A stretch of 64,000 bases of DNA from Clostridiales bacterium (GTDB taxonomy: Bacteria > Bacillota > Clostridia > Christensenellales > CAG-138): assembly GCA_024691085.1 (NCBI GenBank), contig JAILNX010000005.1, positions 3,527 to 67,526 of the forward strand, written 5' to 3'. This document shows, piece after piece, positions 1-10,660 of this stretch. The translations under genes and the position numbers were made by a program. Within the stretch, counting starts at the first letter, position 1, and the number at the start of each line of letters is the position of its first letter. Under the pieces are notes generated by a model. The model made no database searches and was not told the origin of the DNA. It was given only the letters and a program-made list of their open reading frames with translations.

Positions 1-1178
1 AGCACGTTCCTCGCGTACTCTATACACATTATCTGCATGCCGAGACATATGCCGAAGTAGGGGAGGCCGTGCGTCCTCGCGTATTCGCATGCAGAAATCA
101 TGCCTTCGATGCCCCGGTCGCCGAAGCCGCCCGGAACGAGCACGCCGTCCGCGCCTTCAAGCTGATCGGGCGTGAAGGTCTCGGAATCGATCCAGCGGAT
201 ATCGACGCGCACTCCGTGCATGAATCCCGCATGCTTCAGCGCCTCGACTATCGAAAGATACGCGTCATGGAGCTGGGTGTACTTGCCTACGAGAGCGATG
301 GTCACGCTGCCCTCGGCGGTGCGTATGCGCTTCGTCATCTCGCGCCAGTCGTCGAGCTCCGGCTCGGGAGCGTCGATCCCGAGCTTTCTGCATACGATGC
401 CGGAAAGGTTAGCTTTTTCAAGGTAAAGCGGCGCGTCGTAGAGCACGGGGAGGGTGAGGTTTTCGATAACGCAGTCGCGCTCGACGCCGCAGAAGCCCGC
501 GATCTTTTCGAATATCGTCGGATCGGTTATTGGCTCGTCGCAGCGCAGTACGATAACGTCGGGCGAGATGCCGAAGCTCTGGAGCTCCTTCACGGAGTGC
601 TGCGTGGGCTTCGACTTGTGTTCGCCGCTCGCCTTAAGGAAGGGCACGAGGGTGACGTGTATATAGACCGCGTTCCCGCGGCCGACCTCGCGCCCGACCT
701 GGCGGATCGCCTCGAGGAACGGCTGTCCCTCGATGTCGCCTATCGTGCCGCCGACCTCGGTGATGACCACGTCGGCGTTCGTCTTCTCCGCCGCGCCGTA
801 TATGAAGCTTTTGATCTCGTCGGTTATGTGCGGTATCATCTGCACCGTCCTGCCGAGGTAACCGCCCTTTCGCTCGCGGGCGAGGACGTTCTCATACACC
901 TTGCCCGTGGTGAGGTTCGAGAAGCGGGTGAGATCCTCGTCTATGAACCGCTCGTAATGACCGAGATCAAGGTCGGTCTCAGCGCCGTCCTCCGTGACGT
1001 AGACCTCGCCGTGCTGATACGGGCTCATCGTCCCCGGATCGACGTTTATATAGGGGTCGAGCTTCTGCGCGGCCACCTTCAGCCCGCGCGCCTTAAGGAG
1101 CCTGCCGAGCGACGCCGCGGTTATCCCCTTGCCGAGACCGGACACGACTCCCCCGGTCACAAAAACGAACTTTGCCAT
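1..1178 (-). CDS. pyrG: CTP synthase (3' end runs off the window start)
   Basis: Manual minus-strand translation from ATG at 1178 gives [32 protein letters not shown]...[29 protein letters not shown] upstream. Not in the ORF track because it is truncated. Confidence 0.97.
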   Translation of the reverse strand, partial: MAKFVFVTGGVVSGLGKGITAASLGRLLKARGLKVAAQKLDPYINVDPGTMSPYQHGEVYVTEDGAETDLDLGHYERFIDEDLTRFSNLTTGKVYENVLARERKGGYLGRTVQMIPHITDEIKSFIYGAAEKTNADVVITEVGGTIGDIEGQPFLEAIRQVGREVGRGNAVYIHVTLVPFLKASGEHKSKPTQHSVKELQSFGISPDVIVLRCDEPITDPTIFEKIAGFCGVERDCVIENLTLPVLYDAPLYLEKANLSGIVCRKLGIDAPEPELDDWREMTKRIRTAEGSVTIALVGKYTQLHDAYLSIVEALKHAGFMHGVRVDIRWIDSETFTPDQLEGADGVLVPGGFGDRGIEGMISACEYARTHGLPYFGICLGMQIMCIEYARNV

Positions 1179-1335
1179 AATTACCTCCGTAGTATTTGAG
1201 AGGCGCCCGTCCGAGAGGGTGATTCCCCTGCGGACGAGCGCCTTTTGCGTTCATCTTGTATCAGCCGCTTCGCGGCGGTATTCGGTTTTGCTTACCGTCA
1301 TTACGGACGGATAATATATCAAAAACATGTAACGG

Positions 1336-1364
1336 ATTATAGCACCGCAAGAGGCTTCCGTCAA
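1336..1364 (-). promoter_or_regulatory. sigmaA-type promoter of pyrG
   Basis: TTGACG-N17-TATAAT on the minus strand, about 155 nt upstream of the pyrG start. Confidence 0.7.
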
Positions 1365-1381
1365 GTGCTTTTTGAAAAATA

Positions 1382-2884
1382 TCAGTACGTTTCCGTAATC
1401 TTTTTTGCCTTTTCCCAGTATTCGTCCATCTCGGGAAGGGTCATATCCTTAAAGCTCAGACCGTCCTTCAGGATCAGCTCCTCGGTCAGCTTGAAGCGGC
1501 GCTCGAACTTGTCCGTCGCGGCGGTGAGAGCGAGATCGGGATCGACCTTCTTAAGACGCGCCACGTTCACGGCGGCGAAGAAGAGATCGCCCACCTCGTC
1601 GGCTATATGGTCGGGATCGTTTTCGCGTATGGCGGAAAGCACCTCGTCCGCCTCCTCGTGCACCTTCGGGAGCGCTTCTTCTGCGCTCGACCAGTCGAAG
1701 CCCACGTCGGCGGCCTTCTTCTGTATCTTGTATGCGCGCAGAAGGGAGGGAAAGCTCTTCGGCACGGAATCCATGGCGGAGGCTACGGTCTCAAGGTGTT
1801 TCTCTTCCTTCTTGAGTATCTCCCAATTCGTAAGCACGTCGTCGGAATTGTTTACGTGCACGTCTCCGAACACGTGCGGGTGGCGGAATATCATCTTGTT
1901 CGTGATGCCCGTCGCGACGTCTCGGAGGGTGAACGACGCGCGCTCCTCCTCGATGACGACGTGGAACGCGATCTGCATCAAAAGATCGCCCAGCTCCTCG
2001 CAGAGATCGTCCGCATCCTTGCGGTCGATGGCGTCGATGACCTCCCAGCATTCCTCAAGGAGCGTCTTTTTTAGGCTCTCGTGCGTCTGCTCGGCGTCCC
2101 ACGGACAGCCGCCCGGTGCGCGTAGACGGCGCATCAGCTGCATGAGCCCCTCGACCGAGTGGCGGGGGAGGTCGAGATCCTTTTTAGGAGGAACGAGCAG
2201 CACGCTCGCTGCGTCGTACGCCTTCTGCCTGTCGAGCTCATAAAGCGGTACCGGCCTCACCTCGTACCCCGAGCTGTCCGGCGCGGGAAGGGCGAAGAGC
2301 ACCTCATACTCGTCGGGATAGTATTCGGAAAGCTTAAGCTTCACCTCGCTCGCCGCAAGGGGGGAGTCGATCTCCGTCACGGCATACATCGCTTCGGTAT
2401 CGGCTATCGCGCGGAGGCGGTTCGCGGGAAGCTCGGTGATGAGCTCCTGCCCGGGGATGAGCCCGTATGAGAGCGCCGCGGCATAGGCGGATTCCGCAAA
2501 GCCCGCGAACGGAAGCACCTCGACGTTGACCTTTCCCGCGTCGGCTATTTCGCGGATCGCGCCGAGCAGGTCGGGATTGAGCCTTCCGAGGGTGATATAT
2601 GCAGCGTATGTCGGTTTTTCGCCGGGAACGAGCTTATTATACCCGTCGCCTGACATGAACTCCGCCGCCTCGACAAGCCTGCCCGCGATGAGGCGGTTCA
2701 GCTCGTCGTAGTCCTCTGCCTCTCGGAAAAGATCGTCCATGGCGGTGTAATTCCCGGTGAGGGCGAGGCTCTTTATGAACGGATGCTCCGTCGTCTGCAC
2801 GAAGCGCGCCTCGGCATTATCAAACACGGACCTGTGCTTTGACGAAAGGTCCGTGCCAATTTGAATAATTATAAGATCTGTCAT
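1382..2884 (-). CDS. mazG: YabN-like protein: degenerate tetrapyrrole-methyltransferase-like N-terminus fused to MazG nucleoside triphosphate pyrophosphohydrolase
   Basis: LRAPGGCPWDAEQTHESL, EELGDLL and RHPHVFG MazG motifs. Start MTDLII at 2884 overlaps the ansA stop (ATGA). Confidence 0.9.
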   Translation of the reverse strand: MTDLIIIQIGTDLSSKHRSVFDNAEARFVQTTEHPFIKSLALTGNYTAMDDLFREAEDYDELNRLIAGRLVEAAEFMSGDGYNKLVPGEKPTYAAYITLGRLNPDLLGAIREIADAGKVNVEVLPFAGFAESAYAAALSYGLIPGQELITELPANRLRAIADTEAMYAVTEIDSPLAASEVKLKLSEYYPDEYEVLFALPAPDSSGYEVRPVPLYELDRQKAYDAASVLLVPPKKDLDLPRHSVEGLMQLMRRLRAPGGCPWDAEQTHESLKKTLLEECWEVIDAIDRKDADDLCEELGDLLMQIAFHVVIEEERASFTLRDVATGITNKMIFRHPHVFGDVHVNNSDDVLTNWEILKKEEKHLETVASAMDSVPKSFPSLLRAYKIQKKAADVGFDWSSAEEALPKVHEEADEVLSAIRENDPDHIADEVGDLFFAAVNVARLKKVDPDLALTAATDKFERRFKLTEELILKDGLSFKDMTLPEMDEYWEKAKKITETY

Positions 2885-3867
2885 TCGGTCAGTTCTCCCA
2901 CAAGATCGGTATCCATTATCCTTCTCACGCTCTCGATGTCGTGCGCGCGGCCGAGCACCCACATCAGCTTGGTGACGGCGGCCTCGGTCGTCATATCGTG
3001 CGCGACCAGCACGCCGAGCTCGGAGAGCGAGCGGCTGACCTCGTACACGTCGGGCGTGGACTGCTCGTAAAGACACTGGCTCGTGAGCACGACGGGTATG
3101 CCCGCGTTCATGAGCCCGCGTATCGATTCGGTATGGTCGCGGCGGAAATTGTGCATGCCGCCGAGGCCGAAGCCCTCGACGACAACGCCCTTCATATCAC
3201 AGTCCTTGAGGCTGTCGAGGAATTTGGGGCTAAGACCCGGAGTGATCTTCACGAGCGCGACCCTTGAGTCGTGCGCGGTGGAGAAAGCAAAGCCCAGAGG
3301 CTGCTTGGGCTCGTGAAGCTTTATGCACTTGCCGTCCGCGATTATCGCGACGTAGGGGTAATTGATGGATTCAAAAGCGTTAAGGCTGGTCGTCCTCGTC
3401 TTGACGGCACGGCAGCCGAGTATAACGGAACCGCCGAACGAGATGTAGACCCCTCCGGGGAGGCTCGACGCGGCGATCACGGCGTCGACAAGGTTACGCC
3501 TTCCGTCCGAATTGGGGTAGACGGCAGGATACTGAGCTCCTGTAAGCACCACGGGAACGGGTATGCCCATCAGCATGAACGACAGCATCGACGCGGTATA
3601 CGCCATCGTGTCCGTGCCGTGCGTCAGCACTATGCCGTCGCAGCTTCCCACCTTGTTTTTGATGGATTCGGCGATGAGGCACCATTCCTCGGGCTGTATG
3701 TTGGAGGAATCCATGCTGAAAAGGTCGGTGCAGCTTATCTCGACGCCGTCCTGCTCGCAGCCGGAGAGCTTCACGAGCTCATGCGCCGAAAGCTCCGGCT
3801 TGAGCCCGTTTTCGGTGGGAACGCAGGCGATCGTACCGCCGGTACCTATGAGGCAGATCCTTTTCAT
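2881..3867 (-). CDS. ansA: L-asparaginase type I
   Basis: IGTGGTIA and THGTDTMAYTAS motifs. Confidence 0.93.
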   Translation of the reverse strand: MKRICLIGTGGTIACVPTENGLKPELSAHELVKLSGCEQDGVEISCTDLFSMDSSNIQPEEWCLIAESIKNKVGSCDGIVLTHGTDTMAYTASMLSFMLMGIPVPVVLTGAQYPAVYPNSDGRRNLVDAVIAASSLPGGVYISFGGSVILGCRAVKTRTTSLNAFESINYPYVAIIADGKCIKLHEPKQPLGFAFSTAHDSRVALVKITPGLSPKFLDSLKDCDMKGVVVEGFGLGGMHNFRRDHTESIRGLMNAGIPVVLTSQCLYEQSTPDVYEVSRSLSELGVLVAHDMTTEAAVTKLMWVLGRAHDIESVRRIMDTDLVGELTE

Positions 3868-4040
3868 CGTTTGTCACCTCTCATATTATTCCGGATAATA
3901 TTATAATTGCTTTTCGGGCGAATGGCAAGGAAATTATTGCCCGATCGATTTTTTGCTGATATAATGGGAACCGAAAGGGCATTTAAAACGTTATATGTTC
4001 AAAGAAAGGAACGATCCTTTTTAAGAAGGAGGTTTTAAAT

Positions 4041-4622
4041 ATGAAGAAGATCATCTCACTCGGAGCGCTTTTCATGGCGGTTTTAATGCTCGCGGGATGC
4101 GCCGCGGCCAAGGGCGAGGGCTCGGGATTCGAGCATATCCTCGACGGTCTGACCAAACCGACCGACAAGCCCGTGATCTCGACCGGCGCTCCGGCGGGGA
4201 TCGAGACCCCCGCACCCTTAAAGAACGTCCCTGCCTGGGAGCACGTCAGGCTCGGCGGAGGGGCTGAGATAAGGAACGGCTTCACGGTTTATACCGACCT
4301 CGAAAGCTTCGAACGCGCATTTCGCGATACTGCTGTAGACACCTCAAAGTATTCCGAAAGGAGCTTCGGCGGCTCGGTCATCGTCGCGGTCTATATGACC
4401 ACCAGGACGGGCGGATGGACGTTCGAGCCGGAGCGCGTCACAGTCGTCGACGGCGTACTCGATATCTTGATAAGGGCGACCGCGCCCGTCAATATGGCGA
4501 CGCAGGCGTTCGAGGATCACGTCGTTCTGATCGCGGTCGACAGAGCAGTCTATACAGACGGTATGGAGATAAGGATCGACTGCCCGGGGTTCTTCGGTCT
4601 CGGGAACGGGGAAGCGTACTGA
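4041..4622 (+). CDS. Lipoprotein with PrcB C-terminal-like domain
   Basis: Lipobox LAGC. TRTGGWTF...MATQAF resembles the PrcB_C pattern. Confidence 0.65.
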   Translation: MKKIISLGALFMAVLMLAGCAAAKGEGSGFEHILDGLTKPTDKPVISTGAPAGIETPAPLKNVPAWEHVRLGGGAEIRNGFTVYTDLESFERAFRDTAVDTSKYSERSFGGSVIVAVYMTTRTGGWTFEPERVTVVDGVLDILIRATAPVNMATQAFEDHVVLIAVDRAVYTDGMEIRIDCPGFFGLGNGEAY

Positions 4623-4663
4623 TGGCCGCCCAAACGTTTTACAAGAACTTTACCAAAGCGGTC

Positions 4664-4692
4664 TTGCCAAAGCATTCGGAACATGATATAAT
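4664..4692 (+). promoter_or_regulatory. sigmaA-type promoter of hpf
   Basis: TTGCCA-N17-TATAAT with TG extension. Confidence 0.7.
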
Positions 4693-4775
4693 ATATCCGA
4701 AGAGGTGAGGAGGACGGTCCAACCTCCCGCCTGCATATCGGTCCCTTCCGGGACCGAAGAAAGGAGCAAACTGAT

Positions 4776-5300
4776 ATGCGCGTTACCATTACAGGAAAGA
4801 ACATTGAGGTATCGGATTATCTCAGGGATCTCGCTCTGAAAAAGATGACCAAGCTGGAGAGGTATTTCCCGTCGGACACCGTTGCTCAGGTGACTATGGC
4901 GGTAGAAAAGAACCGCCACATCGTTGAGGTCACCATCCCCTACGCGGGCGGTCTTATCCGCGGCGAAGAGGTCACGGGCGATATGTACGCCAGCATCGAC
5001 AACGTTATCGCGAAGGTCGAGCGCCAGATCATCCGCCACCGCACGAAGCTTGAAAAGAACTTGAAGACGGACGCATTCGATGAACCCATCCCCGAGTACT
5101 TCGAAGATGAAGACGAGGAAGGCCCCAAGGTCGTTAAGGTAAAACGCTTCTCCATCAAGCCCATGAGCGAGGAGGAGGCGGTACTCCAGATGGATCTTCT
5201 CGGACACTCGTTCTTCGTATTCATGAATTCGGAGACCAATGATATAAACGTCCTTTACAGAAGGAAGGACGGCAACCTCGGCCTTATCGAACCCGAATAA
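4776..5300 (+). CDS. hpf: Ribosome hibernation promoting factor (long HPF/RaiA)
   Basis: MRVTITGKNIEV, DMYASID, and C-terminal KPMSEEEAVLQMDLLGHSFFVF...YRRKDG. Confidence 0.95.
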   Translation: MRVTITGKNIEVSDYLRDLALKKMTKLERYFPSDTVAQVTMAVEKNRHIVEVTIPYAGGLIRGEEVTGDMYASIDNVIAKVERQIIRHRTKLEKNLKTDAFDEPIPEYFEDEDEEGPKVVKVKRFSIKPMSEEEAVLQMDLLGHSFFVFMNSETNDINVLYRRKDGNLGLIEPE

Positions 5301-5351
5301 AAAAAGCCTCCGGCATGGAGAAGGGCCTCGGCCCCCGCACCCCCATTAGGC

Positions 5352-5391
5352 AAAAATAAAGCCGCTTCCTAGAGGGAAGCGGCTTTTTTTT
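5352..5391. terminator. Bidirectional intrinsic terminator between hpf and addA
   Basis: AAAGCCGCTTCC-loop-GGAAGCGGCTTT flanked by A and T tracts. Confidence 0.8.
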
Positions 5392-5395
5392 GCTT

Positions 5396-8300
5396 TCAGA
5401 TCTCGACGGCGATCCCCGCCGAGAGGAGATAGACGTATCGCTGTTTCACGTTTATGCCGGTGAGCTTTGTAAGCGCTTCGGCGTAAAGCTCGATCTGGCG
5501 GCGGTAGCGCTCCGCGACCGTTCGCGCGCTGTGGCTCTTGTCGATATGCGAGGTCTTGTGATCGACCAGCACCCACTCGCCGTCCTCGATAAAGCAGCAG
5601 TCGATCACGCCCTGCAGCATCACCTTTGCCGTTTCGCCCGTCTCGATCAGCTCGTTCGCGCCGATTAGTATGTCGAACTCCCTCTCGCGCTCGACGCGGG
5701 AAGAAGCGATCAGGCGTCTGCCGAGGTCGGACGAGAAGAAGCCCACGACGGAATCCACGCTTATCGCGGCCGCCTCCTCCTCGGTGAAGAGTCCCTTTTC
5801 GGTAAGCGCGGCGAGCTCCTCACGCACGCTTTCGGCGGTATGCGGCCTTATGCTGACAAGCTGCAGAAGCCTGTGCGTCAGCGTGCCCTTCTCCGCAGCG
5901 GTGAAATCGTTCCTGTCGTCCATGAAACGCGGACGGGCGGCGAACTCGGCCGGGGCAAGCGTAAGCCCCGTTACGGAGAGCTTCGACGGTATGCCGGAAG
6001 CTCCGTCGTCTGTCGGCTTGAAGCGCTCTTCAAGGCCCGAGGCGTCCGTAAACGCCGCCTCCTGCAGCCACTCGGCAATGTCCGCGGGAGTCATACTGCC
6101 CGACGCGCCGGATACGGACGCGCCGCTGATCCCGAACCGGACGGTCCCGCCGGAGGGGAGCTTCGGCTCGATATCCGTCCCCGCGGGGAACAGTGCGCCG
6201 AAGAGCCATTCGGCGTAGTAATTCGCGCGCATGATGCGCACGGCGTCGAGCGGTCTCGCCTGCTTTTCGGCGTAAACAGCCGCGTTTTTCTTGACGCCCG
6301 TCATAATAAGGCGCGTCTTCGCGCGGGTCATGGCGACGTATAAAAGCCTCATCTCCTCGGCGTTCAGGCGCGAGGCCTCGCGGTCGGCGATGGCTCTCTG
6401 GAGTATGGACTTTATCGACCTGTCGCCCGAAACGGAGCAGAGGCCGACGCCGAGCTCGGAATCGAATATGCCGATGTCGGTATTATATGCGCGGCGGAAC
6501 TGCCTCGTGATGCCGCCGAGTATGACCGTGTCGAACTCAAGTCCCTTGGAGCCGTGGACGGTCATCAGCTTTACGGCGTCGCAGACCGGTTGGAGCGCCG
6601 TGGGCAGCTTCGCCGTCTCCTTTGAATCGTCCATATAGGCGATAAAGCCCGAAAGACTGCCTCCGGACGCGGAGAACTTCTCCGCAAGCGTGACGAGCGT
6701 CTCGAGGTTTTCAGCGCGCGCGCTTCCGCCGTAGAGCGAGGAGACGAACGCGCGGAGCCTCGTTTCGTCAAGCACGCACGCGACGAGATCGCCGAGCTCC
6801 ATGAGCTTCTGCTTCATCCGCCATTCGTCGAGCTTTGAAAGCATCTCGCGGCATTTTACGCCCCAGGGCGGAGCGGCGGGATCGTTCGCGGCGGAGACTA
6901 CGGAAGAGAGCATATCCTTCTCACGGTGCTCCGAGCGGATATGGACGAGATCCTCGTCCGTAAACAGGAATATGGGCGAGCGCATGACCGCGAGGAGGGG
7001 AATATCCTGGCGGCGGTTGTCTATCACGCGCAGAAGGCTCATGAAGAGCCTCACCTCGATGGAATCGTAAAAGCCCTCGCCGAGCGCAGTCACGCACGGT
7101 ATGCCGTAAAGAGCGAGGGTGCTCATCCAGTCGCCGACGACGCCGCGCGCGGAGCGAAGGAGTATCGCGAAGTCGGAATAGCGGTATTTTCTCGGGCCGG
7201 CCTCTTCGGGGACGGTGCAGTTCTCCATTATATAGAGTATCTTCCTTGCGGCGTACGCGGCCTCGGAAGCCGCGCCGGAGGCGGGACCTTCGGCGTCGGG
7301 GTCGAATTCGGGGGGCTCGTCGGGATCGGCGTAGGCGCCGGCGCCGTCCGAAAGGTCGGGATCGACGAGTGTGAGCTCGACCTCGCCCGCGCCAAAGAAG
7401 GCGTCGGGCTTTCCGGAGATGAGCGCGGCGTTGTCGGAATAATCGATCTCGCCCACCTTGTCGCCGAGCATCAGCTTCGAAAAGACCTCGTTCACGGCGT
7501 CGAGCACCACGGGCGCGCTTCGGAAATTGCGGTTAAGATCGATCCTGATCTTTCCATCCGTGCCGTCGTAGCTCCTGTATTTATCTATAAAGATCGTGGG
7601 ATCCGCCTGGCGGAAGCGGTAAATGGACTGCTTCACGTCGCCGACGAGGAAGCGGTTCCCCTTCGAAACGGCGAGGAGTATCGCCTCCTGCGCGGGGTTT
7701 ATGTCCTGGTATTCGTCGACGAAGATATGGGTGAAGCGGCTCCTGTACTCGTCCGCGACGCCGGGATCCTTAAGCACCTTCAGCGTCAGCTGCTCCATGT
7801 CGCGAAAATCGATCAGTCCCGCGTCCTCCTTGAGTTCCGTGTACTTCTGCCTGAAGCGGCGGACGAGCGAGACAAGCTCCACTACGGGCGGGGCAAGGAG
7901 CTTTAGATACTCCGTCTCCTCATTATGACTGTGCGCGAAGAGCACCTTAAGCCTGCCCGTATAGTCCTTAAGCTGATCGCGGTAGTTTATAACGTCCTGC
8001 TTGTCCGCGGGATCCGTGCCGCGCTGCCAGTTCAGCCGCTCGTATTTTATCTCGGAAAGCGCTTTTACCCAGCTGTCGTAATCGTCCGTCAGCGTGAACG
8101 AGAGCATCATGCCGAGATCCGCGTCGAGCGCGGCCGCGATCCCGCGCTGATCCTCGGGAAGCTCCACGCGGAGCGCCCTTGCGCGGGCGGCGAAATGCTC
8201 GAGCTTCTCACGCGAGTTCGCCACGAACTTTTTCTCGATCCCGCGAAGAGTCTCTTCCGCCTCGTCCGTTATGCGGCGGACGCACATTTCGAGCCATTCG

Positions 8301-8866
8301 TCGGGATCGGGACGGCTCTCGGCAAAATCGAAGAGCTTCCTTAAAAGCTCCGTAAGCTTTTCGTCCGAGCCCGCCGCGGCGACGAGCGCCTCGAACGCGG
8401 GATCGGGCGAGGTCTCGGTCTCAAGATACTTTTCCTCGAGCACGGCGTCCATAGCCTTGTTGAAAAGGATATCCGCGTCGGCGGGTTCTGCGGCGCGGAA
8501 CGCGGGATCGATGCCCGCGGCGCTGAAATTGCGCTTGAGAACGCTCATGCAGAAGCTGTGCAGGGTGGATATGTTCGCCCTGCCGCAGGCGGCCGCGGCC
8601 TTTGCGAGCCACGCGGCTCTGTCGATATCGGGTTCAAGCGAGGAAAGGTCCTTCAGCCTTTCCTCGATCCTCGTCTTCATCTCCGCCGCGGCGGCGCCGG
8701 TAAACGTCACCACGAGGAGCGACTCGACGGGGACTCCCTCCGATATCAGCCTTGCTATGCGTTCGGTAAGCACCGAGGTCTTGCCCGCTCCCGCGGCGGC
8801 GGAAACGAGAAGATCGCCCTCGAGCATTATGGCGCTTTTCTGTTCATCGGTAAAGCTGCGCGGCAT
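5396..8866 (-). CDS. addA: ATP-dependent helicase/nuclease subunit A (UvrD helicase plus RecB-type nuclease)
   Basis: [44 protein letters not shown], and C-terminal GVIDC...VDHKT...RQIELY. Confidence 0.92.
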   Translation of the reverse strand: MPRSFTDEQKSAIMLEGDLLVSAAAGAGKTSVLTERIARLISEGVPVESLLVVTFTGAAAAEMKTRIEERLKDLSSLEPDIDRAAWLAKAAAACGRANISTLHSFCMSVLKRNFSAAGIDPAFRAAEPADADILFNKAMDAVLEEKYLETETSPDPAFEALVAAAGSDEKLTELLRKLFDFAESRPDPDEWLEMCVRRITDEAEETLRGIEKKFVANSREKLEHFAARARALRVELPEDQRGIAAALDADLGMMLSFTLTDDYDSWVKALSEIKYERLNWQRGTDPADKQDVINYRDQLKDYTGRLKVLFAHSHNEETEYLKLLAPPVVELVSLVRRFRQKYTELKEDAGLIDFRDMEQLTLKVLKDPGVADEYRSRFTHIFVDEYQDINPAQEAILLAVSKGNRFLVGDVKQSIYRFRQADPTIFIDKYRSYDGTDGKIRIDLNRNFRSAPVVLDAVNEVFSKLMLGDKVGEIDYSDNAALISGKPDAFFGAGEVELTLVDPDLSDGAGAYADPDEPPEFDPDAEGPASGAASEAAYAARKILYIMENCTVPEEAGPRKYRYSDFAILLRSARGVVGDWMSTLALYGIPCVTALGEGFYDSIEVRLFMSLLRVIDNRRQDIPLLAVMRSPIFLFTDEDLVHIRSEHREKDMLSSVVSAANDPAAPPWGVKCREMLSKLDEWRMKQKLMELGDLVACVLDETRLRAFVSSLYGGSARAENLETLVTLAEKFSASGGSLSGFIAYMDDSKETAKLPTALQPVCDAVKLMTVHGSKGLEFDTVILGGITRQFRRAYNTDIGIFDSELGVGLCSVSGDRSIKSILQRAIADREASRLNAEEMRLLYVAMTRAKTRLIMTGVKKNAAVYAEKQARPLDAVRIMRANYYAEWLFGALFPAGTDIEPKLPSGGTVRFGISGASVSGASGSMTPADIAEWLQEAAFTDASGLEERFKPTDDGASGIPSKLSVTGLTLAPAEFAARPRFMDDRNDFTAAEKGTLTHRLLQLVSIRPHTAESVREELAALTEKGLFTEEEAAAISVDSVVGFFSSDLGRRLIASSRVEREREFDILIGANELIETGETAKVMLQGVIDCCFIEDGEWVLVDHKTSHIDKSHSARTVAERYRRQIELYAEALTKLTGINVKQRYVYLLSAGIAVEI

Positions 8867-8979
8867 TCGATCGACTCCTTGAAAGATCTATTACATTGCA
8901 TTTTACCATTTTGGGGACTTGCAGGCAATACGCAAGCCGTGATAAAATAAGCGTAATCGAAACGAAAGGCCGGGTAATT

Positions 8980-9477
8980 ATGCTCGTTATAATGCTTCTT
9001 ATCGCCGCATTGGCCGTATGCGCCGATCAGCTTACAAAGGTATTCATCTACGGACACGACTCCGCGTTCATTAAGGGCGTCATCCGCTTCGCCTCGGTCG
9101 AGAACCGCGGCGTCGCTTGGGGCTTTTTGAACGGCACGAACGGCGCCCTTATCTTCATTACCGTCTTCACGGCGATCGCGACGGGGCTTCTCATATTCGT
9201 CGCGGTCAAGTACAGGAAATATCTGCATCCCGCCGTCGCGATACCCCTCGCGTGCGTGATCGGCGGCGCGATCGGCAACCTCATCGACCGCGTTGTTCTT
9301 GGCTGCGTCCGTGATTTCATCTGTACCGAGTTCATTTCGTTCCCCGTGTTCAACGTCGCCGACTGCTTCGTGACGGTCGGGGGCATAACCCTCGCCGCCG
9401 TGCTCCTTTTCTCGAAGCCCGGCAAGGAGTTCGTTAAGGCCGTTTTCCCCGAGGAAAACAAAAAGAAAGATGCTTGA
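8980..9477 (+). CDS. lspA: Lipoprotein signal peptidase II
   Basis: [21 protein letters not shown] and FNVAD motifs. Start moved to ATG 8980. Confidence 0.93.
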   Translation: MLVIMLLIAALAVCADQLTKVFIYGHDSAFIKGVIRFASVENRGVAWGFLNGTNGALIFITVFTAIATGLLIFVAVKYRKYLHPAVAIPLACVIGGAIGNLIDRVVLGCVRDFICTEFISFPVFNVADCFVTVGGITLAAVLLFSKPGKEFVKAVFPEENKKKDA

Positions 9478-10399
9478 CGGGGAAGAGCTGACAATAATAA
9501 ATGTCGCGCCGGAAGACGCGGGGCAGAGGCTCGATTCGTTCGTCGCGAAAAAGACGGGCCTTACGAGAAACGCCGTCCAGAGGCTTACGGACGGCGGCTT
9601 CGTTCTGCTTAACGGCGCGGTCCCCAAAACGGGAACGAAGGTCAGGGCGGGTGACGGGATCACGGTCGAGACGCCGCCTCTTTCACCGGTCGACGTCGTG
9701 CCGCAGGACATCCCCATCGATATCGTCTATCAGGACGGGGACATCGCGGTAATAAATAAGAAAAAAGGCATGGTCGTACACCCCGCCGCGGGCAATCCCG
9801 ACGGCACGCTCGTGAACGCGATCATGTATCATATCAAGGATCTCTCCGGCATAGGCGGCGAGATACGCCCCGGCATCGTTCACCGTATCGACCGCATGAC
9901 GAGCGGACTTCTCGTCATCGCGAAGAACGACGCGGCGCATATTTTTTTGTCCGACGAGTTGAAAACGCACTCCGTGTCCCGCGTCTATTACTGCCTCGCC
10001 GAGGGCAATTTCCGCGAGGACGAGGGCACGGTCGACGCGCCAATCGGCAGGAGCCGCTCCGACCGCAAGAAGATGGCGGTCACGGAGGACGGCAGGAACG
10101 CCGTCACGCACTGGCGCGTTTTGGAAAGGTTCGGGGATATAACGCTCCTTCGCGTCGAGCTCGAGACCGGGCGCACGCATCAGATAAGGGTGCATATGGC
10201 ATACATAAAGCATCCGATCGTCGGCGACGAAGTCTACGGACACGCGAAGAACAGGCTCGGCGTTGTCGGGCAGGCGCTCCACGCGGGCGAGCTCAAGCTC
10301 ACGCATCCGCGCACGGGGGAGACGATGGTCTTCACGGCGCCGCTTCCCGACGACTTTTCCGCCGCTCTCGAAAAACTGAGACGCGCAAAGGGCGAATGA
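9470..10399 (+). CDS. rluD: RluA/RluD family pseudouridine synthase
   Basis: S4 domain, HRID catalytic motif, [10 protein letters not shown]. Conserved position after lspA. Confidence 0.9.
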   Translation: MLDGEELTIINVAPEDAGQRLDSFVAKKTGLTRNAVQRLTDGGFVLLNGAVPKTGTKVRAGDGITVETPPLSPVDVVPQDIPIDIVYQDGDIAVINKKKGMVVHPAAGNPDGTLVNAIMYHIKDLSGIGGEIRPGIVHRIDRMTSGLLVIAKNDAAHIFLSDELKTHSVSRVYYCLAEGNFREDEGTVDAPIGRSRSDRKKMAVTEDGRNAVTHWRVLERFGDITLLRVELETGRTHQIRVHMAYIKHPIVGDEVYGHAKNRLGVVGQALHAGELKLTHPRTGETMVFTAPLPDDFSAALEKLRRAKGE

Positions 10400-10435
10400 G
10401 CGTTTATCCTGTCGATAGGTACCGAAAATGCCTCT

Positions 10436-10534
10436 TTATCCACAGTTTCCACAGGCTTTTCCACAATAAATATGCTTGATTTAAGCCAAAAATACGGGTT
10501 TTCCACAATCGAAGAGCGAAAAGATTGTTGAAAA
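10436..10534. promoter_or_regulatory. Cluster of DnaA boxes
   Basis: TTATCCACA 10436-44, GTTTCCACA 10445-53, TTTTCCACA 10457-65, TTTTCCACA 10499-507 (all plus strand), and a one-mismatch reverse box TGTTGAAAA 10526-34. Confidence 0.7.
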
Positions 10535-10549
10535 AAGCGATGAGAATCG

Positions 10550-10581
10550 GTCTGTCAACCGCCGGTTGACAGACTTTTTTT
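10550..10581 (+). terminator. Intrinsic terminator downstream of lspA-rluD
   Basis: GTCTGTCAACC-GCC-GGTTGACAGAC followed by T7. Confidence 0.8.
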
Positions 10582-10660
10582 CGCATGTAAAGCAAACTTG
10601 CTTGTGAAACCGGAGGCTTTGCGGTATCATTCGGGCATGAAACGAAAGGAGCTGATTATT

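Noticed and set aside
69-1199. 376-aa plus-strand ORF
   Set aside because: Antisense shadow of pyrG, which is clearly encoded on the minus strand.
4693-4775. raiA motif RNA upstream of hpf/raiA
   Set aside because: The leader is only about 80 nt and lacks the conserved segments of that large RNA.
10400-10600. oriC
   Set aside because: No dnaA/dnaN neighbourhood or DnaA-trio/DUE seen, and rpsB-tsf orientation does not fit a simple strand switch here. Kept only as a DnaA-box cluster.
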